Positions 1-13,324 of a DNA stretch of 64,000 nucleotides are shown here, in pieces. Positions within the stretch are counted from its first letter, which is position 1. Every line of letters begins with the position of its first letter. Source of the stretch: Octopus sinensis (taxonomy: Eukaryota); NCBI RefSeq assembly GCF_006345805.1, contig NC_043010.1, positions 52,886,001 to 52,950,000 of the forward strand, read 5' to 3'. The position numbers were made by a program, and so were the translations under genes. The notes under the pieces are model-generated. The model ran no database searches. It was not told where the DNA came from and saw nothing but the letters and a program-made list of their open reading frames with translations.

Positions 1-81
<81 letters not shown>

Positions 82-135
82 TAGATATACATATATATAC
101 ACACACACACACTCACACACACATACACACACACA
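1..135. repeat. Compound microsatellite (CT)n(TA)n(TAGA)n(CA)n
   Basis: Directly visible tandem di- and tetranucleotide runs. Confidence 0.95.
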
Positions 136-144
136 TGCCTCCAT

Positions 145-300
145 AGGTGCAGTCATGGCTGCATGGTTTTCTTTCTTTAGTTCCATGTTCAAATCTCACT
201 ACATGGCACCTTAAGGAAAAGTTTTCAATTATAGCACTGGGCAGACCAAAGCCTTGTGAATGAACTCGGTAGGTACAAACTGGAAGAAACCCATCTCATA
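145..300 (+). mobile_element. Degenerate SINE-A (tRNA-derived, CORE-like) 5' half
   Basis: Matches the cleaner copy at 35498 (ATGGTT..TTCAAATC..GGCACCTT..GACCAAAGCCTTGTG..AAACTGGAAGAA). Confidence 0.7.
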
Positions 301-655
301 TAATACGTGTGTGAGTGTGTATAGAATAACAGGTGTGAGAAGTACGATTCGAGCAATCACCTCATCAACACTTCATGTAGAAATCTGGATAGTGTAGTAT
401 TCCAATGATTGAAAGAAAATCAGTTATACATCAATAAATGATAAAAAAAAAGGAACATGTCAAATCAAGATATCTGAGGAAGTGAACATATGTTCGCTAT
501 ATTTCATAACTTTTTATGTGGTATAGAACAATGTTCATTTCCAAAAATGTTTGTAACATCAAATTGACTTTTCTTTTCCTCAATCAAATTAACATTGTAT
601 AAATATATATGTGTATGTACATCATATATATGTATATATACGTCATTGTTTTGGG

Positions 656-895
656 CAGGGCTGTGGAGTCAAAACAAAAAGTTTTGACTCCAACTCTGAC
701 TCTGACTCCTCTGTGAAATTGAGTGATTGTGGTCTATTTTACCAACTCTGACTCTGATCCCAGCTACCCCTTAATTGTTTCTGACTCTGACTCCACAACT
801 CCGACTCCATGACTCTACAATTCTGATTCCACAACTCTGACTCCACGACTCCGACTCCACGACTCCGACTCCATGACTCCAACTCCACAGTCCTG
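656..895. mobile_element. hAT-type MITE with internal GACTCC-based tandem repeat
   Basis: TIRs CAGGGCTGTGGAGT / ACTCCACAGTCCTG; approximate 8-bp TSD GTTTTGGG / GTTTTTGG; second copy at 45349. Confidence 0.8.
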
Positions 896-1084
896 GTTTT
901 TGGGGTCAATAAAATAAGTCCCAGTCAAGTACTGGGGTCAAGGTAGTCAACTAGCTCTGTTCCCCAAAATTACTGGCCCTTTTTCCAGTTAAGGAAGGAA
1001 TTATATTAGTGAATAGGGTAAGATTCGAGGGACAACTGGCAGCAATTTCTAGCATGTTACATGTTGCCTGTGGTGATATCACCA

Positions 1085-1650
1085 TGACTTGAGGATGGTA
1101 AGCATAATGATGATGATGATGATAGCGATGACGATGAAGTTTAAATATGATGATGCTGATGATGGTGAGGAAGAAAAGGAGAAGAAGGAAGGTGTTAATA
1201 ACAATAACACTTCAATGCAAACCATGATGATGATGATGATGATGATGATGATGCTGATGATGACGACACTAATACTGATGCTGATCACATTGACAACGCT
1301 GCTGTTGCTAATGGTGATAGAAGTGATGAAGGTGGTGGTGATGGTGGTGGTGGTGGTGGTTGTGGTGGTGCGGGCGGTAGTGATGATAAGGACGACAATG
1401 ATGTCGATGACAATGATGATAATTATAATGATGATGACAATGACGATGATGATGATGTCAAACATGACAATGATGGTGATGATACTGATGATGTTGACGA
1501 TGATGATGATGATGATGAAGCTGCCGATGATGATGTCAATGATGATGATGATACCGATAATGATGATGATGATGATGATGCGAAAAATGTGGTTGACAAA
1601 GATGATGACGATGACGACGCCAATGATGATGGATATTAAAGATGTTAATG
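1085..1650. repeat. Degenerate (GAT)n/(GGT)n tract
   Basis: Visible trinucleotide periodicity; source of the poly-M/poly-I ORFs. Confidence 0.9.
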
Positions 1651-1939
1651 ATGGAAAGACCTCAATGCCACTCCATTTTTCCCAATCCTCTCCAACACAT
1701 GCCGCAATCCCTGCCAACACCCCCACCCCACTCCACCCAACCCCCACACACTTGTGCTTTTCTGAAATTCGTGATTCCAGTTCCAGCAGGTAGTATCTAC
1801 AATAAGTAGATGCCGGGATTTTTGAGGTGTGACTCACTTCTAATTAGTACACGGCTGATGTTTACCTTGATTAATGTTCATATGAAGAGCAATGCTTGCT
1901 TTATTATTATTATTTTTTTTCTTTCTTATTTATTCTTCC

Positions 1940-2250
1940 CGTTGTCGTTGTTGTCGTCGTTGATGTTGCTGTTGTTGTTGTTGTTATTATTGTTGTTGTT
2001 ACCGATACTGTTGCTTTTGTTTTATTCGAGGTTATTCTTGCTGTTTTTTTTTTGTTTTTATTATTCTAGTTACTGTGGATGCTGTAGTTGAAGGTTTCTA
2101 TAATTTCTATCACTACTACTACTACTACTACCGTTTTCATTATTATTATTATTAGTTTTCATTATTATTATTATTATTATCGTTATTATTGTTATTGTTA
2201 TTATTATTGTTATTATTATCATTATTATTATCATCATTATTATTATTATA

Positions 2251-2282
<32 letters not shown>

Positions 2283-2302
2283 TATTACTATTATTATTAT
2301 TA

Positions 2303-2345
<43 letters not shown>

Positions 2346-2386
2346 TATTATTATTACTATTATTATTATTATCATTATTATTATTA

Positions 2387-2441
<55 letters not shown>

Positions 2442-2464
2442 TATCATCATTATCATTATTATTA

Positions 2465-2495
<31 letters not shown>

Positions 2496-2650
2496 CATCA
2501 TCATCATTATTATTATTATTGTTATTATTTTTATTATTATTACTATTATTATCATTATGTTATTATTATTATTATTATTACTATTATTATTATTACTATT
2601 ATTATTATTATCATTATTATTATTATTGTTATTATTATTATTATTATTAC

Positions 2651-2686
<36 letters not shown>

Positions 2687-2690
2687 TATC

Positions 2691-2737
<47 letters not shown>

Positions 2738-2741
2738 TATC

Positions 2742-2788
<47 letters not shown>

Positions 2789-2802
2789 TATCATCATCAT
2801 CA

Positions 2803-2881
<79 letters not shown>

Positions 2882-2916
2882 CATTATTATTATTGTTATT
2901 ATTATCATTATTATTA

Positions 2917-2960
<44 letters not shown>

Positions 2961-3090
2961 GTTATTTTTGTTGTTGTTGCTGTTGTTGTTGCTGTTACTA
3001 TTATTATTGATGTTGTGGCTGTGCTTCCTTTTCTTATCATCATCCTCATCACCACCACCACCACCACACCACCACCACCACCACCATCAT
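1940..3090. repeat. Long (ATT)n tract with (GTT)n and (CAC)n flanks
   Basis: About 800 bp of near-pure ATT with CAT/ACT variants. Confidence 0.95.
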
Positions 3091-4164
3091 CATTCGCATT
3101 GCTGTTGTTTTCCAGTTTATTTGCTCAGCTCCTGTTCTTGTTCTTGTTCTTGTTCATTACACGGTCTTCAGAGATTGGGTAGAAGATTAACTTCTTAACC
3201 ACATTATACGTACAAACGTGAGAGTGTATATAGGTATGTGTGTGTTCAATGCATATTCATACATGCATATAAGAACATATATATATAAATATATACATAT
3301 ATATATATATAAATAAATATATATAAATAAGTATATATATGTAAATAAATAATAAATAAATATATATATATATAAATATATGTATATATATGTGTACTCT
3401 TACACACTCACATATGTATCCATATATGTGTGAGTATGTAAGTATATCTCTTCCTCCCTCCCTCTCTCTCTCACCCCTCTCTATATAAATATATCTATAT
3501 ACATATATATATCTATATCTATCTATCTATGTATATATGTATATATATATATGTATATATATTATATATATATATATATGTATGTATATATATATATATA
3601 TATTATATATGTTGTGTATGTATGTATGTATATGTATACACACACATGTTATTGTGAGGATATAGATTCTTCTTAAAAGGGATGTTTACATTGAAGTTTT
3701 CCCAGTTTAATCCCTTATATTGATGAAATTCTCAGGAGTCCTGTTTTACATGGTAGTGTTAGTATTTATTATTTAATAGCCACAAATATTATACACATTA
3801 CAGAGTTCAGGTATTTTTTTATAGATGTTTGTTTCACTTGGATATATATATATATATATATATACATCAATTTATTAACATATTGTCAATTTAAACTAGC
3901 CTACAATTGTTTTCATATCCACTCTCATTCAAATTACAAATTTATAAATTAAAATTGCATTTTGAAAACTGCGATGTAAATATTTCTTCAGCGTGAAAAA
4001 TTGACACAAAAAGAAATTACATGTTGATTAAGTGCTCCTTGTATATATCTATACATACATACATACATATATACACACACCATATGCACATGCTACATGT
4101 ATATGATTTATTTCATGGTATGTGTATATAGAGCAAATATGTGTATACATATATATACATACAG

Positions 4165-4443
4165 AGCCTCGTCTGGCCCCCGTGCCGGTGGCACGTAAAA
4201 AGCACCATCTGATCGTGGCTGTTTGCCAGCCTCGTCTGGCACCTGTGCAGGTGGCACGTAAAAGGTACCCACTACACTCATGGAGTGGTTGGCATTAGGA
4301 AGGGCATCCAGCTGTAGAAACACTGCCAGATCAGACTGGGCCTGGCACAGCCTACTGGCTTCCCAGACCCCAGTTGAACCTCCAACCCATGCTAGCATGG
4401 AAAATGGACGTTAAATGATGATGATGATGATGATGATGATGAT
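4165..4443 (+). mobile_element. SINE-D-like retroelement 3' part with (GAT)n tail
   Basis: GGTTGGCATTAGGAAGGGCATCCAGC block and CCATGCTAGCATGGAAAATGGACGTTAAA-(GAT)n end recur at 5405, 19700, 20385, 28505, 50820 and 51635. Confidence 0.8.
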
Positions 4444-4591
4444 GTATATATATATAGGAGTGGCTGTGTGGTAAGAAGCTTGCTTCCCAACCATATGGTT
4501 CCAGTTTCAGTCCCACTGTATAAACGGGTTTGATAAACTTTACGCAATCTTTAAATAAGTTTGACAAGTTAGATCTGGTCTCTCACACCTA

Positions 4592-5248
4592 CGGGGCCAG
4601 ATTAAGACCCATCGAGGCTCTGAGCACTTAAAAGATTTTGGTGCCCCCATAAAAGATTATGTAATTCAAAATATAAACATTAGCAGACCATAAAATAAAT
4701 TTTCATCTTTCAAAACAAAATAAAACAGTAAGAGGGAAAGTAATGTTTATTTTTGTATACTTCCACTTTATTTATATTTGAAAAGTTTCCTCCTACTTTT
4801 TTGAATTGCAATGTCTTTGACAAGATCCTCAAAATAAATCTTATGTAACACCATCTGCATCTATGCTTAGTCGAGATAAAGGCATCCCGAATATTATTTT
4901 AGCAAGTTTAACCCTTTCGTTACCAACCTGGCTGAAACCGGCTCTGGCTCTGAGTACAAATGTCTTGTTTTCATGAGTTTTGAATTAAAATCTTCCATCA
5001 ACCTTAGTCACAATTTATGTTCCTAACACAAGCTGAATGATAACTAAGTTATTTTGCTAAATTCTTTGTAATATTTAAAATTGATTGAAAGAAACCCAGA
5101 GCGTCTCAAAATAAATACAGTAATGAAAGGGTTAAAGTGATTTCTTTTGTGCCGTAAACCATTTACCATTTCTGTGGGGGGTTCCCCCCCCATCTCCCTT
5201 GATGCCCTAGGCATGTGCTTATTTTGCTTAATGGTTAATCCAGTGCTG
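4592..5248 (-). mobile_element. Non-autonomous hAT transposon with a C-terminal dimerisation-domain remnant
   Basis: TIRs CGGGGCCAGATTAA / TTAATCCAGTGCTG; TSD CACACCTA / CACAGCTA (7/8); minus strand ~4780-4880 reads LSRLSIDAD..FEDLVKDIAIQKSRRKLF (frameshifted), like hAT C-termini. Confidence 0.8.
4912..5131. mobile_element. piggyBac-like MITE
   Basis: TTAA on both sides (4908-4911, 5132-5135); termini CCCTTTCGTTAC / GTAATGAAAGGG; other copies at 32180, 60980 and 61420. Confidence 0.85.
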
Positions 5249-5382
5249 CACAGCTACCTACAATATCATTTTGAAAATAAAGAATCATGTCATCGAAACC
5301 TCGAAGCTATGAGATAATGAATAATTAGTTTTTTTTTTAAAATCAATAGATAATCATAACATTTGGCAGAGTAACATTATAG

Positions 5383-5384
<2 letters not shown>

Positions 5385-5428
<44 letters not shown>

Positions 5429-5850
5429 TTAACATCTGTTTTCCCTGCTGGCATGGGTTGGATAGTTTGACTGAAAACTGGTAAGCTGGGGAGCTGCACC
5501 AGGTTCTGATCTGATTTGGCAAGGTTTCAACAGCTGGATGCCCTTCCTAATGCCGACCACTCCATGAGTGCAGTGGATGCTTTTCAAGTGCTACCAACAC
5601 GGGTGCCAGTTATAAAACACTGGCATCGGCCACAACTATGATCTTGCTTGGCCTGACAGGTTTTCTCAAGCACGATATATCGTAAAGGTCTCAGCCACCT
5701 GTCACTGCATTGGTGAGGCCCAACGTTCAAACAGTGCCTTTTACATGCCACTGACATGAGTGACAGTCACGTAACACTGGCATCAGTCACAATTATGATT
5801 TTATTTGGCTTGATGGGTTTTCTCAAGCATGGCATATCACCCAATGTTCA
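5385..5850 (-). mobile_element. SINE-D-like element with (CAT)n tail, longer variant
   Basis: GCTGGATGCCCTTCCTAATGCC block in reverse orientation after (CAT)n. Confidence 0.7.
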
Positions 5851-5851
5851 A

Positions 5852-6466
5852 AGGGTGTCTTTTTAACTGGAATGTTGAAATGGTTAAAGTTTCATGGGTG
5901 TGTAGCATGTAGCCATTTTCAAATAGTAGCGCCAATATTTTGGTCGCTGGCAATATGACGTAATGCCGCATTGCTGAAGAAATATGATTGTCGCTTTCCC
6001 ATTGGTTAATATAACTGCTCATATAGGAATTTAAAAAATTAGTTAAAGAATATTTTTATGTGATTTCGATTCTGTAAAGTCAAGTTGAGCAGTTATAAAA
6101 AAACTTGGATTTTGGAAAAAACTTCAGTGTTTGTGGGCTGTAACTAAACTCCACGACACTCACTCCTTTGAGACATTGGTTATTTTTTTATGCCATGTCT
6201 ATGAAAAATCCAACAAGACTAGTTTGAATTGTTGAGATTTATAATAGCTAGAATGAGGAATTAGTTAGCTAAAATATTAAGTCGTAATTCTCTATGACAA
6301 AATTACTTTACTTCAAATTGTATATAAATATTAAAAATGCTATATGTATATAATAAAATAATGTAGAAATTATTTTCTCTTTCTTCACGTTCTTCAACTT
6401 ATTAATGAAATGTATTTCTGTAATTATGAAACTGTATTTTTTTTATAGCAGTTAAAAGAACACACA
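5852..6466. mobile_element. Possible TIR DNA element (MITE)
   Basis: Imperfect ~17-bp inverted ends GGGTGTCTTTTTAACTG / CAGTTAAAAGAACACAC. Confidence 0.35.
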
Positions 6467-6976
6467 ATTATTCATATTTAACATACATGCATGATTAATG
6501 TCCATTAGTGTTCCAGAAAATACATTTCTCGCTATGGCGTTTATGTAGCTGGAGTCAGGATTTACGTATAATGATAATGCTTATAAGTAAGTTATAAGTG
6601 ACGGTTTTATCATTATATATCCCTACTTAAAAAACTAAATATATTTATCTATTTCCAAATAGGAAACTTAATAAAGTAGCATTACACTAACAGTAAACAA
6701 ACCAACCAGAAAATATTCACTATGTAATAAAACTGGTAGTCCGCTATAGGTGCATAAGACACGTACACTTTGTCAGCTTTTCAAAGACAGACTCAGTCTC
6801 TGAACATATGGTGATGTGGTCATGTCTCAAACACATGTTGTTTCCCAACCACATGGTTTCAGGTTCAATCCCAACTGTATGGCACCCTGGACAAATATAT
6901 TTTACTACATCCCAGGGTTGGCCAAAGCTCTGCGACTGGATATGGTAGATGCAAACTGAAAGATGTCCTTCGTATA

Positions 6977-7192
6977 TACAAGAGGGTGCTACAAAGTTCC
7001 TGGCTTTAAGGGCATCGCGAAATACCCAGTTGTAGGTCCAACCTTCTGAATTCTTTTACAGGGCTTAGGAAAACTGAAGGACCACTGCAATGAGTGTGTG
7101 CATCTGACAGGAGAATATGTTGAATACGATCATAATTAACTGATCTTCTTGTATTTTCTTTTGCCCAAAGCCAGGAACTTTTCAGCACCACA
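6977..7192. mobile_element. Tc1/mariner-type MITE
   Basis: TIRs GGTGCTACAAAGTTCCTGGCTTT / AAAGCCAGGAACTTTTCAGCACC, starting at TA. Confidence 0.7.
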
Positions 7193-7241
7193 TGTACACA
7201 CACACACACACACCACACACACACACACACAAACACACAAA

Positions 7242-7285
<44 letters not shown>

Positions 7286-7316
7286 ACACACATGCATACA
7301 CAAACACAGAATAATT

Positions 7317-7604
7317 TAAAAAGAGAGAAAATAGACAGCTTCTGATAATGCAGAAAGTTTAATGAAACTTTTATATTTCAGGCACAAAGGCCGATCTTCA
7401 GAAGAAAGAACAGTCTGAGAAAAGTCCAGTTATGATGGATCCTACATAACCAGACTTTTCCCAGACTGTTCTTTTCTTCTGAAGATGGGCCTTTGTGCCT
7501 GAATATAAAAGTTTCATTAAACTTACTGCATTATCAAAAGCTGTCTATTTTCTCACTTTTACAATCTTTGATATTACAATGCTTCAAGCAAACTACAACA
7601 CTCT
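7317..7604 (+). mobile_element. Fold-back PLE-derived element with hammerhead motif (family P1)
   Basis: ~120-bp inverted arms centred near 7439; CTGAAGA-T-GGGC..GCCT-GAA(A)TATA near 7479-7507; unique tail abuts (TA)n. Confidence 0.7.
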
Positions 7605-7606
7605 TA

Positions 7607-7656
<50 letters not shown>

Positions 7657-7660
<4 letters not shown>

Positions 7661-7836
7661 CATGATAGATCACTAGCCACTACACATACTTTATTTTTCT
7701 CTCCTAGTTTCTTTCTGTGGAAGAGCGTAGGCTCGAAACATTAAAAACTTTTCCACTTCCCGAGTGTTATACTAATACATCAGTTTGTTGTCTACACCAC
7801 CTGTCTTCGTCTTTTGTTTTTTTGTGAATTCTCCCT
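7657..7836 (+). mobile_element. Short PLE-like element with CUGUNGA hammerhead variant (family P8)
   Basis: TCTTT-CTGTGGA-A-GAGC-GTAG-GCTC-GAAAC; (TA)n-flanked; copies at 33050 and 40930. Confidence 0.7.
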
Positions 7837-7840
7837 ATAT

Positions 7841-7876
<36 letters not shown>

Positions 7877-8129
7877 GTATGTATTATTGTTCAGTTTTAT
7901 TACAAGATTTCTTGCGAACAGAGAAAGAGCTGGTTTCTAACCTAGATTCAAGGCTCCTTCATTGGAATTTCAACATCAACAACAAGGTATTTTTGTATGT
8001 ATGTACGTATGTATGTACGTATGTATATACGTATGTATGTATCGTCATCATCTTTGATGATACATACATATGACTTATGATACATACAAGATGACTTGTT
8101 AGGTGTCTTGTCAAGGTGAACTAAAGTAA

Positions 8130-8450
8130 ACTGGCTCTTTGTCAGTTATGACAACGAGGGTTCCAGTTGATCCAATCAATGGAACAACCTGCTCATGAAA
8201 TTAACATACTGAGCACTCCACAGACACGTGTACTCGTAATGTAGTTCTCAGGGAGATTCAGCATGACACAGAGTGTGACAAGGCTGGCCCTTCGAAATAC
8301 AGATACTACTCATTTTTGCCAGCTGAGTGGACTGGAGTGACATAAAATAAAGTGTCTTGCTCAAAAAAAACAACACATTGATGGGATTTGAACTCATGAC
8401 CTTATGAACATAAGCCAAATACTCTAACCACTAAGCTACGTGACTTCACT
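8130..8450 (-). mobile_element. SINE-C-related copy (tRNA head, degenerate)
   Basis: Reverse match to the 41753 body and tail; B-box rc TTTGAACTC. Confidence 0.7.
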
Positions 8451-8829
8451 GTCGAAAGGTACCTGTTTTTTTTTTTTTTAAATTTCCATTTCACTAATTT
8501 TGATTATAATATATTTAGTTAATTGCAGTTTACTGCTCATCTGTGCAAGAAACTAGCTGCACCACAACTGATTGTACAGCATCTCACCTGTGAAGTACTG
8601 GTGCATGATGGTTCGAAACGTTTGCAGAGAATAATAAAGAATCTCATGAATTCCATTTTCTTTCTCTCATATTTTATAAACTCCACAGACATGAAGGAAT
8701 TCCTGAAGGAAAATCAGTGGCATTTACATTCATACTATTGATGAACATCAGGTAGCCGAATGCAGTGGATAGGTTTAAATGGCATACTATCTGGTGTATA
8801 CCCAAATTAAAAATTATTACTTATATAAA

Positions 8830-9022
8830 AGCACAGGCGTGGTTGTGTGGTAAGGATAGGTGCAGGCATAGCTGTGTGGTAAGAACCTTGCTTACCAACC
8901 ACATGGTTTTGGGTTCAGTCCTACTGCGTGACATCTCAGGCAAATGTCTTCTACTATAGCCTTGGGCCGATCAAAACCTTGTGAGTGGATTTGGTAGACG
9001 GAAACTGAAAGAAGCCCATCGT
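8830..9022 (+). mobile_element. SINE-A 5' half with duplicated head start
   Basis: GTGTGGTAAG occurs twice, then GGTTCAGTCC B-box and CORE-like block. Confidence 0.8.
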
Positions 9023-9172
9023 ATATATATGTGTGTGTGATAAAGAAAATGGAAGCTGAATTTAGTATGAATCGTTATTCGTTATTGTGGATGACATCAG
9101 GTTATCCAGATGGTATATGTGCTTTAATTGACGTACTAACAGACATACACCCAAAGTCCAAGTAGTTACTTA

Positions 9173-9204
<32 letters not shown>

Positions 9205-9378
9205 CTATATATATATAATTTATATATATATAACATATATACATATGTGTGTGTGTATATATAATATAAATATATATATAAATATGTATATGTATATATA
9301 TATATATATAATATATATACATACATATATATATATAATTCATATATATATACACATATATACATATGTGTGTGTATG

Positions 9379-9421
<43 letters not shown>

Positions 9422-10149
9422 TACACACACACAAACAGACATATTATATATATGTATATATATATATATATACTTACTCACATATAACACTCTGTGGCCA
9501 GTTCTCTCGCTCTCTTTCTCTAGTCGTCTCTTCCTTCATTTCTCTCTCTCTCTCACATACATATATGTACACATATACACATATACATACATACATACAT
9601 ACATGCATGCATACACAACAAAGTCCTGTATAAGTGCCAGCCAGCCTTCTTTCTAATGAACACCACAGTTCTGGTGCGTGCCAGCAATAACAAAACAAGC
9701 TGCCGAAAAACATCAAATGGAAAGGAAAGCAGAAGAGACAACAACAGCAACAACAAAAACCAACTGCTGCACAGACCAGCTGCACCAACCGACCGACCGA
9801 CCAGCCGACCGACCGACAGACTGACCATCCTCCTCCTCTTCCTTCTCCTCTGTGGCTGCTCTCCTTCTCTCCCTCCCCCTTCCACCTCTGCCATTGGTAC
9901 ACCACTCCTCTCTCCAAACTGAAGCAATCAACCAACCGAACCAAACCAAATAACTAACTAACCAACTAGCAGACTAACGAACGAACTAACAAACTAATGA
10001 AGGTGGAAATTGTCGAACACAGGAATAGAGAAGGTAAAAAAAAAATTGTATGTACGTGAGTGTGTGTGTGTACATATATACATGCATACAAATATATATA
10101 TATACATACTTTACATACACATGCACATTATATGCAGACACAGGCATGC

Positions 10150-10203
<54 letters not shown>

Positions 10204-10219
10204 ATACTATATATATAAA

Positions 10220-10265
<46 letters not shown>

Positions 10266-10513
10266 GTATACATACATATATATATGTATGTATGTATATA
10301 TATATATTCACTATTGCTCCTTTCCCTATCTGTGTGAGTATGTACACACCTGTATAAGTATATGTGTATATCTATATATATTATCTATATAGATATATAT
10401 ATATATATATTATATACATAATATATATATAAATACATACATATCTATACCAACACATATGTGTATGTGTGTATGTATATATATAACATATAATATATTA
10501 TATATACATATGT

Positions 10514-10554
<41 letters not shown>

Positions 10555-11161
10555 TATATGTATATGTATATGTCATATATAATATATATATATTTACTTG
10601 CATAATTTGATATGTATCGTATGTATATGCCAGAAAACAAATCAGAGAAAATTTACAAAAAAAATCAAAAAGATAAATAAATATGAAAAGAAAGATAATC
10701 AAAAAGACCGCAACAAATCTTTCTGGTTTGGTGTCTAAATTCAGATTTGAATTTTTAACAATCTTAAATGGTGTTGAGCCAATGAGAGAATCCCTTTGCC
10801 ACTTACCCATGTTTTTGTCAGCCTGGACTTCTAGAAACAGCTGCCAAATCTCTGTCAACTAAAATCTCATCCTACTATTCCTCAACCAACCCCACCATCT
10901 CTGCCACACACACACACACACACAAACAAACAAAAAAATGGGGAGTGTTAAATAATGTGTTCTTGGACTTCTTATACATTGGAAAAAGATATGATGGTCA
11001 AGGCTGGAACACCTTTGATCATAGGTCTGGTCAATTGTGCATGGAATACTTTGATTATAAATCTGTTCAACCATATCTGACTTGGAGCAAAAACCAAAAA
11101 ACAACAACAACAACAATATTGATGACACTATGTATATATACAGGCATATATGTATACATAC

Positions 11162-11249
11162 GGGCATATGGTGTAGTGGTTAAGAGTGTGGGCTACTAAC
11201 CCCAATATTCCGAGTTCGATTCCAAGCAGTAACCTGAACTGTAATAATA

Positions 11250-11280
<31 letters not shown>

Positions 11281-11457
11281 AATAATAATAATGATAATAA
11301 TAATAACATCGAAAAATACCTTAGGAATGAGAACCCCAAGACACATGATGAAGGTTGGAGGGTATATCAGCCAAAACGTGTTAACACAAACAAGATGAGG
11401 ACAAATATCCATCAAGTGTAAATAGTGTACATAATTCCTCATCTCTTAAATATAGAA
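11162..11457 (+). mobile_element. tRNA-headed element with (AAT)n linker and PLE-type hammerhead tail (SINE-E)
   Basis: A-box TGGTGTAGTGG, B-box GAGTTCGATTCC, then ATGATGA-AGGTTG..CAGCC-AAAACGTG. Confidence 0.7.
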
Positions 11458-12145
11458 TGATGCTATATGTGTTTTGAAGACACATGGCTCAGTGGTTAGA
11501 GCATTGGGCTCACAATCATGAAGTAGTGTTAGTTATATGGATACAGAAACAAGAGTCCCAGTGGTTAGTGTGTTGAACTCAAGACCATTAGGTCATAGGT
11601 TCAATCCCTGAACAGGACGGTATGTTATTTTCTGGAACAAGTCACTTTACTTTACATTGCTCCAGTCCACTCAACTGAAAATGAGTACCAGTAATAACTG
11701 GGAGTTAACCTACCAGTAGACTAGTGTTCCTTTCGAAGATGGTGGTGGAATTCCTTAATTCACAGTCAGTTAATTCTTTAGTATTTCAACTAACCACATC
11801 TGGTCAGACCAGGTAATGTATTGTGGTGTTGAGCAAAACGCTTTGTTTTAGATTGCTCCAGCCCATTCAGCTGGCAAAAATGAGTAATCCTAAGATAGAC
11901 TGGCATCCTATCCAGGGGTGGGGGAATATATTCATCACAGAAACCACAATACCGGCTTTATGAGTCTATATGATTCAAGAAGGAACTTTATTCATTTTAC
12001 GTTCAAGTTGGTCAGATCCAGCCTCTCATACCTACCATACAATGCCATCCTAAAAATAAACAAACTCATCATTGAAATCACAAAGCTATGAGATAATACC
12101 TTATTAATTCAAGAACAAAATGAATAAATAACATTATTTACAGTA

Positions 12146-12577
12146 TTTACATTATTTACATTCGACAGATATCTGTCCTCATCTTGTTTGTTGTTAACAT
12201 GTTTTGGCTGATATACCCTCCAGCCTTCTTCAGATGTCTTGGGGAAATTTCGAACTTGGGTTCTCATTCCTAAGGTATTTTTTGATAATGATGATGATGA
12301 TGATGATGATGATGATAATGTTATTGTTGTTGTTATTGTTGTTCAGGTCACTGCTTGGAATTGAACTCAGAATCTTGGGGTCAGAAACCTGCGCTCTTAA
12401 CCACTACATCATATGCCCGTGGGCATATCCCCCCAAGACACCTAAAGAAAGCTGGATGGTATAAAAGCTGAAACGTTGCGTTAACAACAAACAAGATGAG
12501 GACAAACACCCATCAAATGTAAATAATGTAAATAATGTAAATAATGTACATGATTTCTCATCTCTTAAATATAGAAC
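12146..12577 (-). mobile_element. SINE-E copy plus inverted duplicate of its hammerhead tail
   Basis: Minus copy 12146-12418; junction palindrome ATATGCCC-GT-GGGCATAT; plus-strand tail 12430-12577. Confidence 0.7.
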
Positions 12578-13059
12578 TGAATGAATAAATAAGCTTTACA
12601 TTTGACAGAGTAATATCAATGCTATTGGTTGAATGCTGCAGAAACAGTAAAAAAAAAAGAGATCAAAATAAAAGATGTTTTTTCAAGTGATTTGGGCTAG
12701 GTTTTTGCTGCTGTTGTTGTTACTGGGGTTTAACTTCAAATTGGTCACATCATATCAAGCAATGTTAACCACACCCAACCTCGGACTTAACTACTGTTTC
12801 TAGCAGGTCATACCCACAGAGAGGCTCCTTTATCTAAACAGATAGCATAAAGACCCATTTTGGTCATGAATGACAAAGGGATTACACCTAAAAAGTTACC
12901 CTCCAAGGCACATGTCCAGGCAAGGTTGTTTCTGGAAGACCAGCAGTCGCCCATGGATACCAGCCTCTTTTAACCACAGTGCCGCTGTTGAACTAAGAAT
13001 GAAAAGATGGATGACATGCCACTAACTGATCTCTCTGCTGTGCTAATGATTCTGCCAAA

Positions 13060-13270
13060 TAATTCTTTCTGCTACAGGCACAAAGCCTGAAATTTGGCAG
13101 GAGGCTGGTGGGGGAGGGCAGTCGATTACATTGACCCCAGTGCAGAGCTGGTACTTATTTCGTTGAGTCCGAAAGGACAAAAGGCAAAGTTGACCTCGGT
13201 GGAATTTGAACTTAGAATGTGAAGATGGATGAAATGACATAAAGCATTTTACCTGGTGCCTTGGTTCTGC
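13060..13270 (-). mobile_element. SINE-B (tRNA-like head, GCCTTTCATCCTTTCGGGGTCGATAAA central block)
   Basis: Reverse match to the copies at 38940, 57513 and 61952. Confidence 0.8.
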
Positions 13271-13272
13271 TA

Positions 13273-13323
<51 letters not shown>

Positions 13324-13324
<1 letters not shown>

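Noticed and set aside
1079-3198. Long ORFs (poly-I/M/Y/L)
   Set aside because: Stop-free frames of (GAT)n/(ATT)n repeats; the same applies at 28.6, 29.9 and 50 kb
10801-10858. Minus-strand ATGG|GTAAGT micro-exon
   Set aside because: Phase 1 and overlaps the dispersed AGATTTGGCAGCTGTTTCTAG repeat motif
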